NCBI RefSeq assembly: GCF_001194135.2
Contig: NC_068992.1
Span: 19,918,935 to 19,975,949, forward strand
Direction: 5' to 3'
Length of the DNA: 57,015 nt
Source: Octopus bimaculoides
Taxonomy: Eukaryota
Shown here: in pieces, positions 25,920 through 39,965 of the stretch
How the letters are laid out: the number at the start of each line of letters is the position of its first letter
Position numbering within the stretch: the first letter of the stretch is position 1
Notes under the pieces: model-generated
What the model saw: only the letters and a program-made list of their open reading frames with translations
Databases searched by the model: none
Told to the model about the DNA's origin: nothing
Program-made: the position numbers and the translations under genes

Positions 25920-27900
25920 CTTGAAGTGAATTTCCTTTATGGTATGTTTTACCCTCTACTTAGAAAAGCTCGAGAGGTTGTTTCTGTCAAATTTGGTAAT
26001 GGCACATCTACTTCCTTGATATTGAGTCCGATATTTATCGCTGATATGCATGCCCTCACAGCACTCTTGTGTTTATGATTCTTGATAGTAACCACACTGT
26101 AAAGACATAGATCAATGCGTTGGTTATCTGTCATTTCTCTTTTTCTATGCATTTTCTCTCATACAAAGTCAGATTGATACCTTCTTGTAAGGGAATGACG
26201 AGCCTGGTTAATGCTTATTTATAGGAATTTCTTAAGATCTATTATTGCTATGTTTCCTGTTATTTTATTTTCATTTTACTCTTTTATAATTCCATCTTAT
26301 ATCAGTGGCATGTTTTCTTTTTTTTTAATGAATAACCTTCCCTTCATATTTGTTTGTAGCAAGCCTGTTGCATCACGTTTAAATTTGTTTTTTTACGTCA
26401 ACCTCCTTATGTGTCAATACATTTTAGATTTCATTCCTGTCGATGTTTTTCCCGGATGAAAAAACTCGTTTTCTCGAATAGAACGGAAAGTGCTTTCTTT
26501 TTTGCTTTGTATTCTTCTTCTGCTTTTCTTGTGATAATAGATTGGACCAAATTTATCCATATTTTCTGTTCGTGAGAGACCTGAAATTGAATGTAGTAAA
26601 GAGTCCCTGTTGAGATTTCTTCCAGTAGAGTTACTTAATTTAGTAAGCATATAAAGATGTTCTTTGACAAGTTAAGTACTATGACAATACCACAGGACAA
26701 TACATACAGTCGAAAAAAGTTATAAAAGTCAAGTTAAATGGGGACAATACAGCTTTCTACAAATTTATCAGAATAGAATTAGGAAAATCTGCCTGTAAAT
26801 CATGTCTGAACGCGAATTAAATTTATATGTACCTATGGTGGTAAATAACAGCCATCCCCTTGAAGATTAGGAGAGGAGATAATCCTGGTTAAATGTGTAA
26901 AAACGTCAGTAAAATTAAGAAATTAAGAGGCAAAATAGAGATTGGCCGATTTTACTGGACTAAGATATCTTGCCAAGACCAATAGCTATTCTAGTTTTAT
27001 GCATTTCTGACTATGATTTCGTTAGATCTCATAAAAATAAACGTATCCAATCTTGTATATGAAATATTATTTTAAAGTATATTTATATAATTTCTGGATA
27101 TCAACGATCGGCAATAGAGATCGGATATTATAATTATTATTCTGATTAATAATCATAGATTCAGAAATACATCGCATGACCTCTCTGTCATAAAAAGTTA
27201 AACAACATTGTTCATGATTAACAAAATAGTTTAAGATTAAAATATCTAATAGGAAACATGAATATTCGTGGTTGATAAAAATGTTCTGAGTTTACTATGT
27301 TTAAAGTCTAAAAAATCACTCAAACATATCAAACACTCTTTCCGAATATTCTAAAAATGTCTACGGGTCCTCCTCTTGCTTCTATAGGGAAAGTATGCAG
27401 GTCTATACTTATATTTACTTCGTCAATTTAAACCCAAGACGCTGACGTAACGTAATTCAAATTAACTTAATTTTGGTATTAATGCAAGCGCATTCTTGGG
27501 TAGTTTTGTCAGTACATGTATGTTGTAGTTCCATACAATTTTCACCCTCTGACTTTTAATAGCAACGGAGAAACTTATAGACGCATGTAGGGCAGCATTT
27601 TTGCATTATTATGTCTCCAAGTGGCTCTTTCGGAGCCAGTGCATAGTTTTGTGTTGGAATATGTTATATTGCGTCATGAAATTTTCTAGATTAGTAACAT
27701 TTTGTACTTGTTATAGTGTGCATATTTTTAATATTCCATTCAGTACATTTTTTGTAGTCGCATGTTTCTCCACCATATCGTTGAAGTTTTAGCATTCTGT
27801 CCGAACATGTTCAACTTAGTTGCTCTGTATGCCATCCCTGTGTCTCTTAATCGGCTGTTTTAGGTTTTGGATTTTGTCATTAGAAGTCTAAACAAATGTC
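25920..27900 (-). pseudogene. Possible heavily decayed RLE-type (HERO/NeSL-like) non-LTR retrotransposon fragments
   Basis: Broken motifs only: CTL..V..TNLE / HI...YALA / TWRHNN (about 27720-27600, like C.LC...TLEHILS.C..AL.QGRYTWRHN), LVQSII.RKAEEEYKAK (about 26550), NQRIDLCLYS (about 26125, like RPDIV.WS). Motif order implies more than one fragment. Confidence 0.3.
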
Positions 27901-28584
27901 AGGTAATAAATGCGTTGCCGATAATATACTAAATTAGTTATCTGTATTCATATTTATCAAAACCAACAAGGGAATGCAGAAATCCTTGTTATTAATTGGA
28001 AATATAGGGAACAACATAAAGGCATACTTATTTTCTTGTTCCTTGAAACCTAATAAACTCTAATCTGAAATTCTAGAGATGAAAACCTTTGAGAGTAATG
28101 TGTGGGATCTTTGTAAACGTCATCATAGCTTTCTGGAATTCAGTTAGAACGCTGTTTCTTTCTTTTTTAGTTTTGAATGCTGTCATTATTTTCATTGCAT
28201 TTTCTCCCCAGTTTTGATCCAGTGGAGAATGTTACAACTGTCACTTTAAACTAGGAGATTCAGTACAATGAAAGCTATTACCGTTTTCTTTATATTTAGC
28301 TCTGCTTTAAGAAGTAATGCGATGCGTCTACCGTATTCCTTCTAAACTTTTGTTTCTTCTTATGTGCGCGTTATACTCTGTCTAAGTATGTGAAAGTCTG
28401 TGCTTAGTTTACATAACACGACACTGCTATTCTTAATTTATTTTTTCCTCTCTGTAATGTCGTTTTTAGCACCTGACTTACACGGATCATATATTAATTC
28501 ATCTAGTAAATTAGGCTGCGTTGTGTGGCCATGTTTCTAGATGTTTATTATAGGTAGAGCACAGCATGAAATCATTTAGGTACG

Positions 28585-29063
<479 letters not shown>

Positions 29064-29065
29064 TA

Positions 29066-29189
29066 TCAGAATCCTTAGCACGCCGGTTAAAATGCTTATT
29101 GTCATTTTGTCCGTCCTTAGGTTCTGAATACAAATTTTGGCCGAGGTCAATTTTGTCTTTCATTATTTCGGGGTGGATAAATAAGTAAC
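29066..29189 (+). mobile_element. CORE-like SINE (family 1), 3'-truncated
   Basis: cagaatccttagcacgccgg...gttctgaatacaaattttggccgaggtcaattttgtctttcattatttcggggtggataaataagta. Confidence 0.8.
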
Positions 29190-30288
29190 TATTACCGAAA
29201 ATCATACGGTTGGTAAGCAGAGGCTCACTTACACCTACTTTTATATTACAAGAATATCGTGCAATTTGAGAGAAATACTCGTATAGTCGTGTTCTCTAGT
29301 ATACCAAAGTCTACCGTTCATACAAACGTTCCGAAACATATTTCTTCATATCTTTAGATAAAAGACAACGAAATCATCAATTACTAATTCTATAAGAGAC
29401 TGCATGAAAGTTCTCTGCCACTTGTAGATGGTTTCGAAAACGTATAGCCAGTTTTCGGTTTATGCTGCGTGGGAAAATAACAATCGCTTGTGGAGAAATG
29501 TCCTTCTTTCAATTCAAACTCAGTGAACAATTTCCTTCTTATTGAAGACAATTTTTCTTCGTTTATAAAATTAATCCTTTGTACTGGTATGAATAATGGA
29601 ACTGTACATTTTCATGTTCATTACGAGTACATATCAAGTAAGTACGTGTGTGTATATGTATGATATATATATATATATATATANNNNNNNNNNNNNNNNN
29701 NNNNNNNNNNNNNNNNNNNNNNNNNNNNNNNNNNNNNNNNNNNNNNNNNNNNNNNNNNNNNNNNNNNNNNNNNNNNNNNNNNNNNNNNNNNNNNNNNNNN
29801 NNNNNNNNNNNNNNNNNNNNNNNNNNNNNNNNNNNNNNNNNNNNNNNNNNNNNNNNNNNNNNNNNNNNNNNNNNNNNNNNNNNNNNNNNNNNNNNNNNNN
29901 NNNNNNNNNNNNNNNNNNNNNNNNNNNNNNNNNNNNNNNNNNNNNNNNNNNNNNNNNNNNNNNNNNNNNNNNNNNNNNNNNNNNNNNNNNNNNNNNNNNN
30001 NNNNNNNNNNNNNNNNNNNNNNNNNNNNNNNNNNNNNNNNNNNNNNNNNNNNNNNNNNNNNNNNNNNNNNNNNNNNNNNNNNNNNNNNNNNNNNNNNNNN
30101 NNNNNNNNNNNNNNNNNNNNNNNNNNNNNNNNNNNNNNNNNNNNNNNNNNNNNNNNNNNNNNNNNNNNNNNNNNNNNNNNNNNNNNNNNNNNNNNNNNNN
30201 NNNNNNNNNNNNNNNNNNNNNNNNNNNNNNNNNNNNNNNNNNNNNNNNNNNNNNNNNNNNNNNNNNNNNNNNNNNNNNNNNNNNNNNN

Positions 30289-30326
<38 letters not shown>

Positions 30327-30437
30327 ACACACACACACACACATACACGTGCGAAGGCGCACACGAATATGTGACTCTTCTTTGGTTTAAGATAAGAAAA
30401 AAATATAACGCTGAAATGGCAGAAATAAAGAGAAACT

Positions 30438-30496
30438 AAAATAAAATAAGATGAAAACGACAAAAATAAAATAAGATGAAAACGACAAAAATAAAA
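30438..30496 (+). repeat. 25-bp tandem duplication (2.3 copies)
   Basis: aaaataaaataagatgaaaacgaca at 30438-30462 and 30463-30487, with a partial third copy. Confidence 0.9.
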
Positions 30497-30837
30497 GACA
30501 GATTGGAAAAGTAAGTTGATATGATGAGATAATACAAGAATGGTAGCAAAAATAGAGTTTTCTACTAAACGCTTGGAACAAATATATCTTGTGAAGCGAT
30601 CGGTTCTATGAATTGTTCCATAGAAAATCTGCAGACAGCTAATTTGTCAGGAAAAAGCATATTCTTCTTTCTATGACCAGCATTAAGATCTTGTTATATT
30701 GTAGGCCTCATGTAATAAGATCAGGAATATATATACGAACATATATTCACACACAAACACGCTAACACACACATATGTATGTGTGTGTTTGTGTGTTTAT
30801 GCGTTCTTGTGTCTGTGTATATATGTGTATATATGTG

Positions 30838-30871
<34 letters not shown>

Positions 30872-31284
30872 NNNNNNNNNNTGTATATGCATACAAGTGC
30901 GTATTAAAAATATAGATAATTAATCTATATCTATCTACATCTATCAGACTATCTATATATCTTTCTATCTGTCTATCTATATGTGTTCTTGTTTGTGCGT
31001 GTGCGTGTGTGTGTGTGTGTTTGTGTGTGTGTATGTGTTTGTATGTGTACACATCAATGTATATATGTGAAGAAGCACAAAGTGTGCGTTTTTTGTGTAT
31101 ATGCGTGCGAGTGCAGATGCTGGAATTAGATCCATTTGGTATTAAATAGAATATTTGTTTTGTTCGCAAGAAATGTGGACAACAACAGGCAAACAAGCAA
31201 CTGCTGCAGACATGCCTCAATAACATTTAAAAAAAAAAACAATCGGAATGGATTCTGCAAACAAAATAATGACTATGATAATAA

Positions 31285-31751
<467 letters not shown>

Positions 31752-33094
31752 NNNNNNNNNNNNNNNNNNNNNNNNNNNNNNNNNNNNNNNNNNNNNNNNN
31801 NNNNNNNNNNNNNNNNNNNNNNNNNNNNNNNNNNNNNNNNNNNNNNNNNNNNNNNNNNNNNNNNNNNNNNNNNNNNNNNNNNNNNNNNNNNNNNNNNNNN
31901 NNNNNNNNNNNNNNNNNNNNNNNNNNNNNNNNNNNNNNNNNNNNNNNNNNNNNNNNNNNNNNNNNNNNNNNNNNNNNNNNNNNNNNNNNNNNNNNNNNNN
32001 NNNNNNNNNNNNNNNNNNNNNNNNNNNNNNNNNNNNNNNNNNNNNNNNNNNNNNNNNNNNNNNNNNNNNNNNNNNNNNNNNNNNNNNNNNNNNNNNNNNN
32101 NNNNNNNNNNNNNNNNNNNNNNNNNNNNNNNNNNNNNNNNNNNNNNNNNNNNNNNNNNNNNNNNNNNNNNNNNNNNNNNNNNNNNNNNNNNNNNNNNNNN
32201 NNNNNNNNNNNNNNNNNNNNNNNNNNNNNNNNNNNNNNNNNNNNNNNNNNNNNNNNNNNNNNNNNNNNNNNNNNNNNNNNNNNNNNNNNNNNNNNNNNNN
32301 NNNNNNNNNNNNNNNNNNNNNNNNNNNNNNNNNNNNNNNNNNNNNNNNNNNNNATATATATATATAGCGAGAGAGAGTGAGAGGAGAGAGAGTGAGAGGA
32401 GAGAGAGGGAGAGGAAGGGAGAGTGAGGAACAGAGAGGAACAAGAGAGGGATGCTAGAGAAACGGAGAAATAGATAGACAGATATCCATGCATGTATGTA
32501 TTTGTCTCCAACATTATATTTCTATCTCATATCTCAGATTCAAAGTCTTATCTAATAACAAAAGCCTTTCTTTCATAATTCCAATGCACCGTTGTGTGCG
32601 CCTCTGACAAATACACCGATTTCCGTATACAGAGCAAGGGGTAGAAAGACAGGAAGAAAGAAAGAAAGGAAGAAATATACACAAAGGGTCAGTCGTTTAT
32701 CCGTACTAACTGCGAATGAAATACATTGCAATTGTATAGGAATATATTTTTTAAAATTTATTTTCATCGCATTTAGCGCATGATACATGAGAATACTGGA
32801 AATATTGCGTATATATTTATAGCTAGCGTATAATAGTTTAAGAAACGCCGTTACCACGTTAGTATATTTGCATCAATTGCTATTCAATACATAACAATAT
32901 AATAAAAACAATGACTCATCGCATATAAAGATATACATGTATAATATATTTGTAAGGAAATACACATCATATGAAAGTAATATTGAAAGAAGCGTTTAAT
33001 AGCTGTGCAGTCATTTAATGCAAGTTTTAGGCGTACTTCTGTCTCCATTGATTTAGAGGTTACGCGCCAAAATATCTTCATACTCATTGTCACT

Positions 33095-33104
33095 ATCATC
33101 ACCA

Positions 33105-33140
<36 letters not shown>

Positions 33141-33181
33141 AATCATCATTATGGCCACCACCGTCATCGTCATCATCGTCG

Positions 33182-33229
<48 letters not shown>

Positions 33230-33290
33230 ACAACAACAGCAACAACAAGAATATCGTCATCATCATCGTTATCATCAACATTATCATTAT
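33095..33290 (+). repeat. (CAT)n/(CAA)n degenerate microsatellite
   Basis: Source of the spurious poly-His ORF. Confidence 0.93.
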
Positions 33291-33322
33291 GGTTAATTTA
33301 ATTTATTTTAATCATTATTAAT

Positions 33323-33549
<227 letters not shown>

Positions 33550-33553
33550 GTTA

Positions 33554-33634
<81 letters not shown>

Positions 33635-33688
33635 NNNNNNNNNNNNNNNNNNNNNNNNNNNNNNNNNNNNNNNNNNNNNNNNNNNNNN

Positions 33689-33935
33689 GTGCAGTACCCA
33701 GTAGTGCAATTTTCTGTATGTTATATATATTTGTAAGTCCTGGTGTTTTTGTTATGTATTTGTCTGAATATTTTTTTATTATACCTAAGGCACCTACTAT
33801 GATAGGAATTGTTTCTGTTTTTAGATTCCACATTCGAGTTATCTCTATTTCCAGGTCTTTGTATTTTGAAAGTTTTTCCATTTCTTTTAGAGAAACGTTG
33901 TCATCTGCTGGTATTGATACATCAATTAGAAAGCA
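33689..33935 (-). mobile_element. 5'-truncated R4/Dong-like non-LTR retrotransposon, C-terminal restriction-like endonuclease region
   Basis: Open frame of 82 codons: CFLIDVSIPADDNVSLKEMEKLSKYKDLEIEITRMWNLKTETIPIIVGALGIIKKYSDKYITKTPGLTNIYNIQKIALLGTA. Contains the RLE IDV.IP and K..KY motifs and the R4-type IVGALG and QKIALLGT motifs. (TAA)n on both sides on the sense strand. Confidence 0.88.
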
Positions 33936-34604
33936 TTATTATTATTATTACTATTATTATTATTATTATTATTATTACTACTACTACTACTACTACTACT
34001 ACTAATACTACTACTACTATTATTTTTGTAAATTTTTTTTTCTTTAATATTATTATTCCAGTAAAATGTCGGGAAATTTATATTTTTGTTAAAACTATTT
34101 ACCAAGAAATGACCCTGCAAATTTTAGTAGGTGGAGACAAATTCTTTCTTGGTGATTTTTTTATTTTATTTTGTAGAATTCAAAAAGAACAAACAAAAAA
34201 TAAACAGCCTTCGAAGTTTGATAAATAATGTGCATGAGATTGATGATATTTTACCACAGTTTCATATTCTTCATAAAGTGATGGAATGGAAATATTCGTA
34301 ATATATAATTTCCATTCTTACATATAAATCTTGACAAGCTTTATAATTTTTAGACATTACATATGCAAAGGGTTATTTATTCTTCCTTCACGATCCAGCA
34401 ATTATCTTTACGACATCTGACAACTGTATATGGATGTATTTCCTGCATAACATCAACCGAAATTGTTTCGTTGAAATAATATGTAGATACCCTTACAGAA
34501 TAACTTTTGCGATTCACGACTAACAATACACATACAAAAGTATATACATCTCTTTCACTCTCTGTCTCTGTCTGTCTCTATCTCTCTCTCTCTATCTCTC
34601 TCTA

Positions 34605-34645
<41 letters not shown>

Positions 34646-34729
34646 CTCTCTTTCTTTCTTCTCTATTTCTCTCACCATGTATACTTATATATGTAAGCAT
34701 GTATGTCTCGATATATGTATATAACATAA

Positions 34730-35077
34730 AGTGGAGGCGCAATGGTCCAGTGGTTACGGCAGTGGAGGCGCAATGGTCCAGTGGTTACGGCAGTGGACTC
34801 GCGGTCGTAGGATCGTGGTTTCGATTTCCAGACCGGGCGTTGTGAGTGTTTATTGACCGAAAACACCTAAAAGTTCTACAAGGCCCTTTCTTCCTGTTTC
34901 TGTTCTACCTGTATTTCAAAGGGCCAGCCTTGTCACGCTGAATCTGCCCGAGAACTACGTTAATGGTACACGTGTCTGTGGAGTGCTCAGCCACTCGCAC
35001 CTTAACTTCACGAGCAGGCTCTTCCGTTGATCGGATCAACTGGAATCCTCGATGTCGCAACCGACGGAGTGCCAACC
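34730..35077 (+). mobile_element. tRNA(Arg-like)-derived SINE (family 2, 3' module A) with duplicated head and internal deletion
   Basis: 11-bp TSD ATATAACATAA at 34719-34729 and 35078-35088. A box tggtccagtgg, B box gtttcgatttcc. Colinear with 45633-46023. Confidence 0.92.
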
Positions 35078-35176
35078 ATATAACATAAGAATGAAGATGG
35101 CTAGAATGCGAGTTAGAAAGAGAAAGTGCGGAAATATTTCATATAGAATGTTAGATATATTTTTGCATCTATCAAT

Positions 35177-35226
<50 letters not shown>

Positions 35227-36188
35227 GCTCACTATCAACTGACTGAAAAAAGAGCACNNNNNNNNNNNNNNNNNNNNNNNNNNNNNNNNNNNNNNNNNNN
35301 NNNNNNNNNNNNNNNNNNNNNNNNNNNNNNNNNNNNNNNNNNNNNNNNNNNNNNNNNNNNNNNNNNNNNNNNNNNNNNNNNNNNNNNNNNNNNNNNNNNN
35401 NNNNNNNNNNNNNNNNNNNNNNNNNNNNNNNNNNNNNNNNNNNNNNNNNNNNTATATATATATATATATATATATTTGTCTATATCATTTATCTTCGAGC
35501 TCGAAATCCATAGTCAGCCATACTTACAAAATCACGTCATTCATTTTAAATCCATTTTCCCCTGTTTCCTAAACAGGCTGGTGTAAATATAAATAGAACA
35601 TAATTTGTTTTGCTTTAAATACTAGTAATACATTTCTTTCCTCAAATTACAAATGTCAAAGCTATTGTTAATCATAAACATCTGTTTACAATAGTATCCG
35701 TCCAAAGAAAATGACCTCAATTAGGAAAAATAACAAAATACCCGATAATTAATTTTAATGACATATTCTCTTAATTGATAAATAGTTACTGCTATTTGAG
35801 TTTTGGCGTGCACCCATTTGATGTCAAGACTTTGAAAACAGCTAATCAAAAGCTACAAAAATTAGCACTTTCGCTTCTAAACTAATAGAAAATAATTATG
35901 TAAAGCTCGATGGTGGTCTATAATACATATGGTAATTTGTAGAAATGGTTGTGGTATCCTACATCAACATTGCAAAAAATATTATTGGTTCAAGAGAGGT
36001 ATTTGGAAAGGCTCAAAATAATATAGAATATATACTTTTCTTAAATACATCTCTGTAGGACATCACAAGGTTGATATCAAAAATATTTCATATACTTTTC
36101 TAAGCCAGCATAAAATACTCATGATTGTATTTTTGTGTGAGAGTGTATGGCTTTGCGTGCGTGCATGCGCGCACGTATGTAGCTGTGC

Positions 36189-36660
36189 AGGCGCAAGCGT
36201 GGCTGAAATGTAAAATTTTGCTTCTCAGTTTTCGAACCACTTGTTTCCAGGTTCAGTACAAAAGTGTACCATATTGTGCAAGTGCCTTCGACTATATCTT
36301 GGGGCTGAGAAAAGACTTGTGGGTAATTTGGTAGACAGAAACTGGAAGAACTTCATTGTGTATATGTATGTACATACGTGTGCGTAAGTGTTTGCATTTG
36401 CGTGTGTATGTGTGTGTTTGTGTGTGTGCCTGTATATGTGTTTTGCCTTTGTCTTTCTCCCTCCTCCCCCGCCAACCAGTTGACATTTATGTTGTTTTGT
36501 TTACTTTTCTGTAAGCAATATTGTGGCCTGACGTAAGAGACCGATAGAATAAGTACCAACATTTAAAACAGGAAAATAATTCTAGATTTGAGTCGTTCGA
36601 CTAATACCCTTCAAGTCGGTGACCCAGTATGACCCCAGTCTTATGACTAAAACATTTAAA
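36189..36660 (+). mobile_element. Diverged full-length family-3 SINE with an expanded internal (TG/TA)n
   Basis: Colinear with 13801-14217: ttggtagacagaaactggaagaa, microsatellite at about 36356-36445, gagaccgatagaataagtacc, gttcgactaatacccttcaagtcggtgacccagtatg. Confidence 0.75.
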
Positions 36661-38915
36661 CGCAAAACAAAATTAAAAAACATATTGCTACTGACAAAAA
36701 ATATTGCCAATGGCTACGAGATTACAACGTACTAATCACTGCTTAACTTTATTCATGATGGCTATAATGATAAGCGGGTTATATTTTATACGTGACAGAA
36801 CAGATATTACCAAGAACGTCTTTCGAGGATCGCCGGGAATTCATCTCTATTACGGACTTTTCATCCTTCATGGATGTATGTGACTCTCAGCTCCAGTAAT
36901 GAGTGTTTATTTTGTTCGATTAGCTGAGATGGTTACTGTTTGAATTATTGTGTAATTACTGCGAGTTAATTTTAGTCTTAACGCAATTCTGAAGAAGAAT
37001 CGACATAGCAGAAGATATTTCCGCTCACATGTCTCATGTGTTGACAAAAAGCTATAGTAAAAATGAAACTTGCTCATGAGGTACTATGCTTTTCTGTTGG
37101 AAGAAAACGTGTTCAAGATATGACGAAGGCAGCTTTATCTCGTTAACACATCGTTGCGATGCAGCACCATCTCCATGTTTGTAACAGTGTAAATATATTA
37201 AAACACAACCGGAAAAATACATTAGTTACTTTATGAACATGGTAAAAGCGATCTGAAACTGAGTGTGCTCATACTCAGAACAATGTTCTCGGCAAACCTT
37301 TGCAATCTATATGAAAGCAACCTTGGTTATGATTAAAGTCTGAATGAGTTGGCCACCCTGCAATAATCCATCTACATTATTAGGGGAAGTCATTTCCCAA
37401 TAGATTGATATCTTCTTTGAAAATGAGAAATTCTATGCCAATCAGGAAAATATAGCTTAACCACTGAGAACATTGAGAACAACATGAAAAAGAAAATCAA
37501 TTTGAACATCAATCTAACGGATGGATAAATCAAAACAAAACAGATTACAAGGGAAAAACCAAAAAAATAGCAGTGAGTGCAAAGTATATTGACACATTAG
37601 ACAAATTAATGGAAACGCGACAAATCTTTTAAGAACTGAAATTAGGATTAAGTAAGTTTTAAATCAGTAGAAAGAAACAAGAAAATAGCAACAACAACTA
37701 TAAGAAAAAGACTAATAAAATAATATAAAAGTTGGCGGTAACTACTACGACAGCAGCGAAGCAGCAACAGCGGCAGCATCAGAACAAACTGTAGGAGCGG
37801 ATTGGACGTCATGAACAACGCAAGAGATAAAAAGAAAATAATATTGGCAGGTATAATGTATGCAGCATCTTAGCAGACTATAACGTGATCTGTCTATCAT
37901 TTCTGTCACTTTTCAGCTAAGTGGTGTGTCACTCTAACATTTACTCAAGAAAGAAGAGAAATAAAACCAACCCACAACAGCAATAACAAAATCATTTATA
38001 AAGACAACCAAAACTAAAAGACACAACAAAGATGTAATATTAACAATAATGACAAAATCAATGATAATAAACAACCATTTTAAAGAAGTACGACGACGAC
38101 GACGACAGCAATAACAGCAAGTGCAACAAAAATGGTAGCAAAATACATGCATCTGATCAGACAATAACCACTGAGAACGACGAATAGGTAAAAAAAAAAG
38201 AAACTGTTCTTGCTAACAGAATTATCGCCTTCTTAGCTGTGTACAGAGCACAAATCTTCTCATGGTTGACATAATGACAACAAGTATCATTTACTTACAG
38301 ACACGCCCCAACCACCACCACCACCACCACCACCACTGCACATGTGCATGCAAACATACGCACTGATACACACATGCACACACTCTAACACACAAGCAGA
38401 CAGAAACACTAAGACACACACACATACACACGCAGACACACATATATAAATATACGTATGTTAATATTTATCTGAACATTATAATAAGAAGTCTACATTG
38501 ATTTTAGGATTTGATCTATACTTTTGTAGAATACGAAATTAATTATTCAACATGATTCTTCTTCACAGTGACTTCGAAGTTTCTACCAATTACGCCATCA
38601 TCTTATGTATGTATGCATGTATGTATATACATATATATATACAAACACAGTAACACACACACACATACATACATATATATTCTTACATACACCCACACGC
38701 TCACATACATATATATGTATATACGTATAGTTTCATTTCTAAATTTCTTGCTGATTCAAAAGGAGACGATGTCTATTGTAGTTCCAAGGCTCTTCCATTC
38801 AAATCTTAACATCAATAGCGAATATATGTGCGTATGTCTGCAATACAATATTTGTGTCAGTGCATGTGTCGATTTGTATGTTTTGTTTTATATATACTAC
38901 ACGCTTACATATATC

Positions 38916-39236
38916 AAGGGAGGCGCAATGGCTCAGTGGTTAGGTCAGCGGACTCGCGGTCGGAGGATCGTGGTCTCGATACCCAGACCGGGCGTTGTGA
39001 GTGCATATTGCGCAAAAACACCTAAGCTCCACGCGGCTCCGGTGGGGGGGGGGTTGGCGACCCCTGTTGTACTCTTTCGCCCCAAATTTCTCTCACACTT
39101 TCTTCCTGTTTCTTGAGTAACGCTGCGATGGACTGGCGTCCCGTCCAACTAGGGGGAACACATACGCCATAGAAACCGGGAAACCGGGCCCATGAGCCTG
39201 GCTAGGCTTTGAAAGGGTGACGTTTATCGTTTATCG
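38916..39236 (+). mobile_element. tRNA(Arg-like)-derived SINE (family 2 head, different 3' module B)
   Basis: 11-bp TSD TTACATATATC at 38905-38915 and 39237-39247. Same head and middle as 34730 and 45633 up to cttcctgtttct, then gagtaacgctgcgatggactggcgtcccgtcc... and a (tttatcg)2 tail. Confidence 0.92.
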
Positions 39237-39744
39237 TTACATATATCTGCTTGGCCAGACATCTAAAATACATATATATGTGTTTGCATGATAGTTTTTG
39301 TGTGTGTAGTGCGTATGCATCAGTGAATGTGTATGTATTATATGTGTGTACAGAGAATGTGAAACAGAGACAGAGTGAGAGAATCTGTGTGCGTGTGCGT
39401 CTGCATATATCAGTGTTAGATGTATGTTTTGAAGATATCGTCTTTAGAATTTTTCAAGTCAGCGAAATATTGGTTAATTTAAAAATTGATGAAAAAAAAA
39501 AGTCTTCCTATACAAGTTCTTTAATAAAATGCAGGACGCCGTAACAGCTGCTGCCTTCGCGGATTCTGTTGTTGCTGTTCTTGCTATCAGAGCAGTAAAG
39601 ACGTTCATGATTATTATTTCGTTCGTCATGACGGCGACGATGATGATAATCGCACTGCTAGTAAAAGGAATTAAATATAAACGTAACTACTATAATTAGT
39701 ATTATTATTATGGCTGCTACTGCTGCCACTGTTGCTTCTACTAG

Positions 39745-39851
<107 letters not shown>

Positions 39852-39898
39852 TATAAAGCGAGATTTATAAATCTTAATTTGCAGAGGAATTTGTAGTG

Positions 39899-39965
39899 GG
39901 TAGTTTAGCTTAATCGGTCAAAGCATCGTGACATGGGGATGTAAGTTCGAATCCACAGCTAGCCA
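39899..39965 (+). pseudogene. tRNA-like relic (D arm intact, anticodon arm collapsed)
   Basis: ggtagtt-ta-GCTT-aatcggtc-AAGC (perfect D stem) and T loop ggTTCGAATcc-like (aagTTCGAATcc). Only about 15 nt lie between the D and T arms, so this is not a functional tRNA. Confidence 0.45.

Noticed and set aside
33087-33296. His/Gln-rich ORF resembling a metal-binding protein
   Set aside because: It lies entirely within a degenerate (CAT)n/(CAA)n array that is part of the trinucleotide nest.
35480-36050. Stretch with the feel of a DNA-transposon remnant
   Set aside because: No TIR pair, TSD or transposase motif could be shown.
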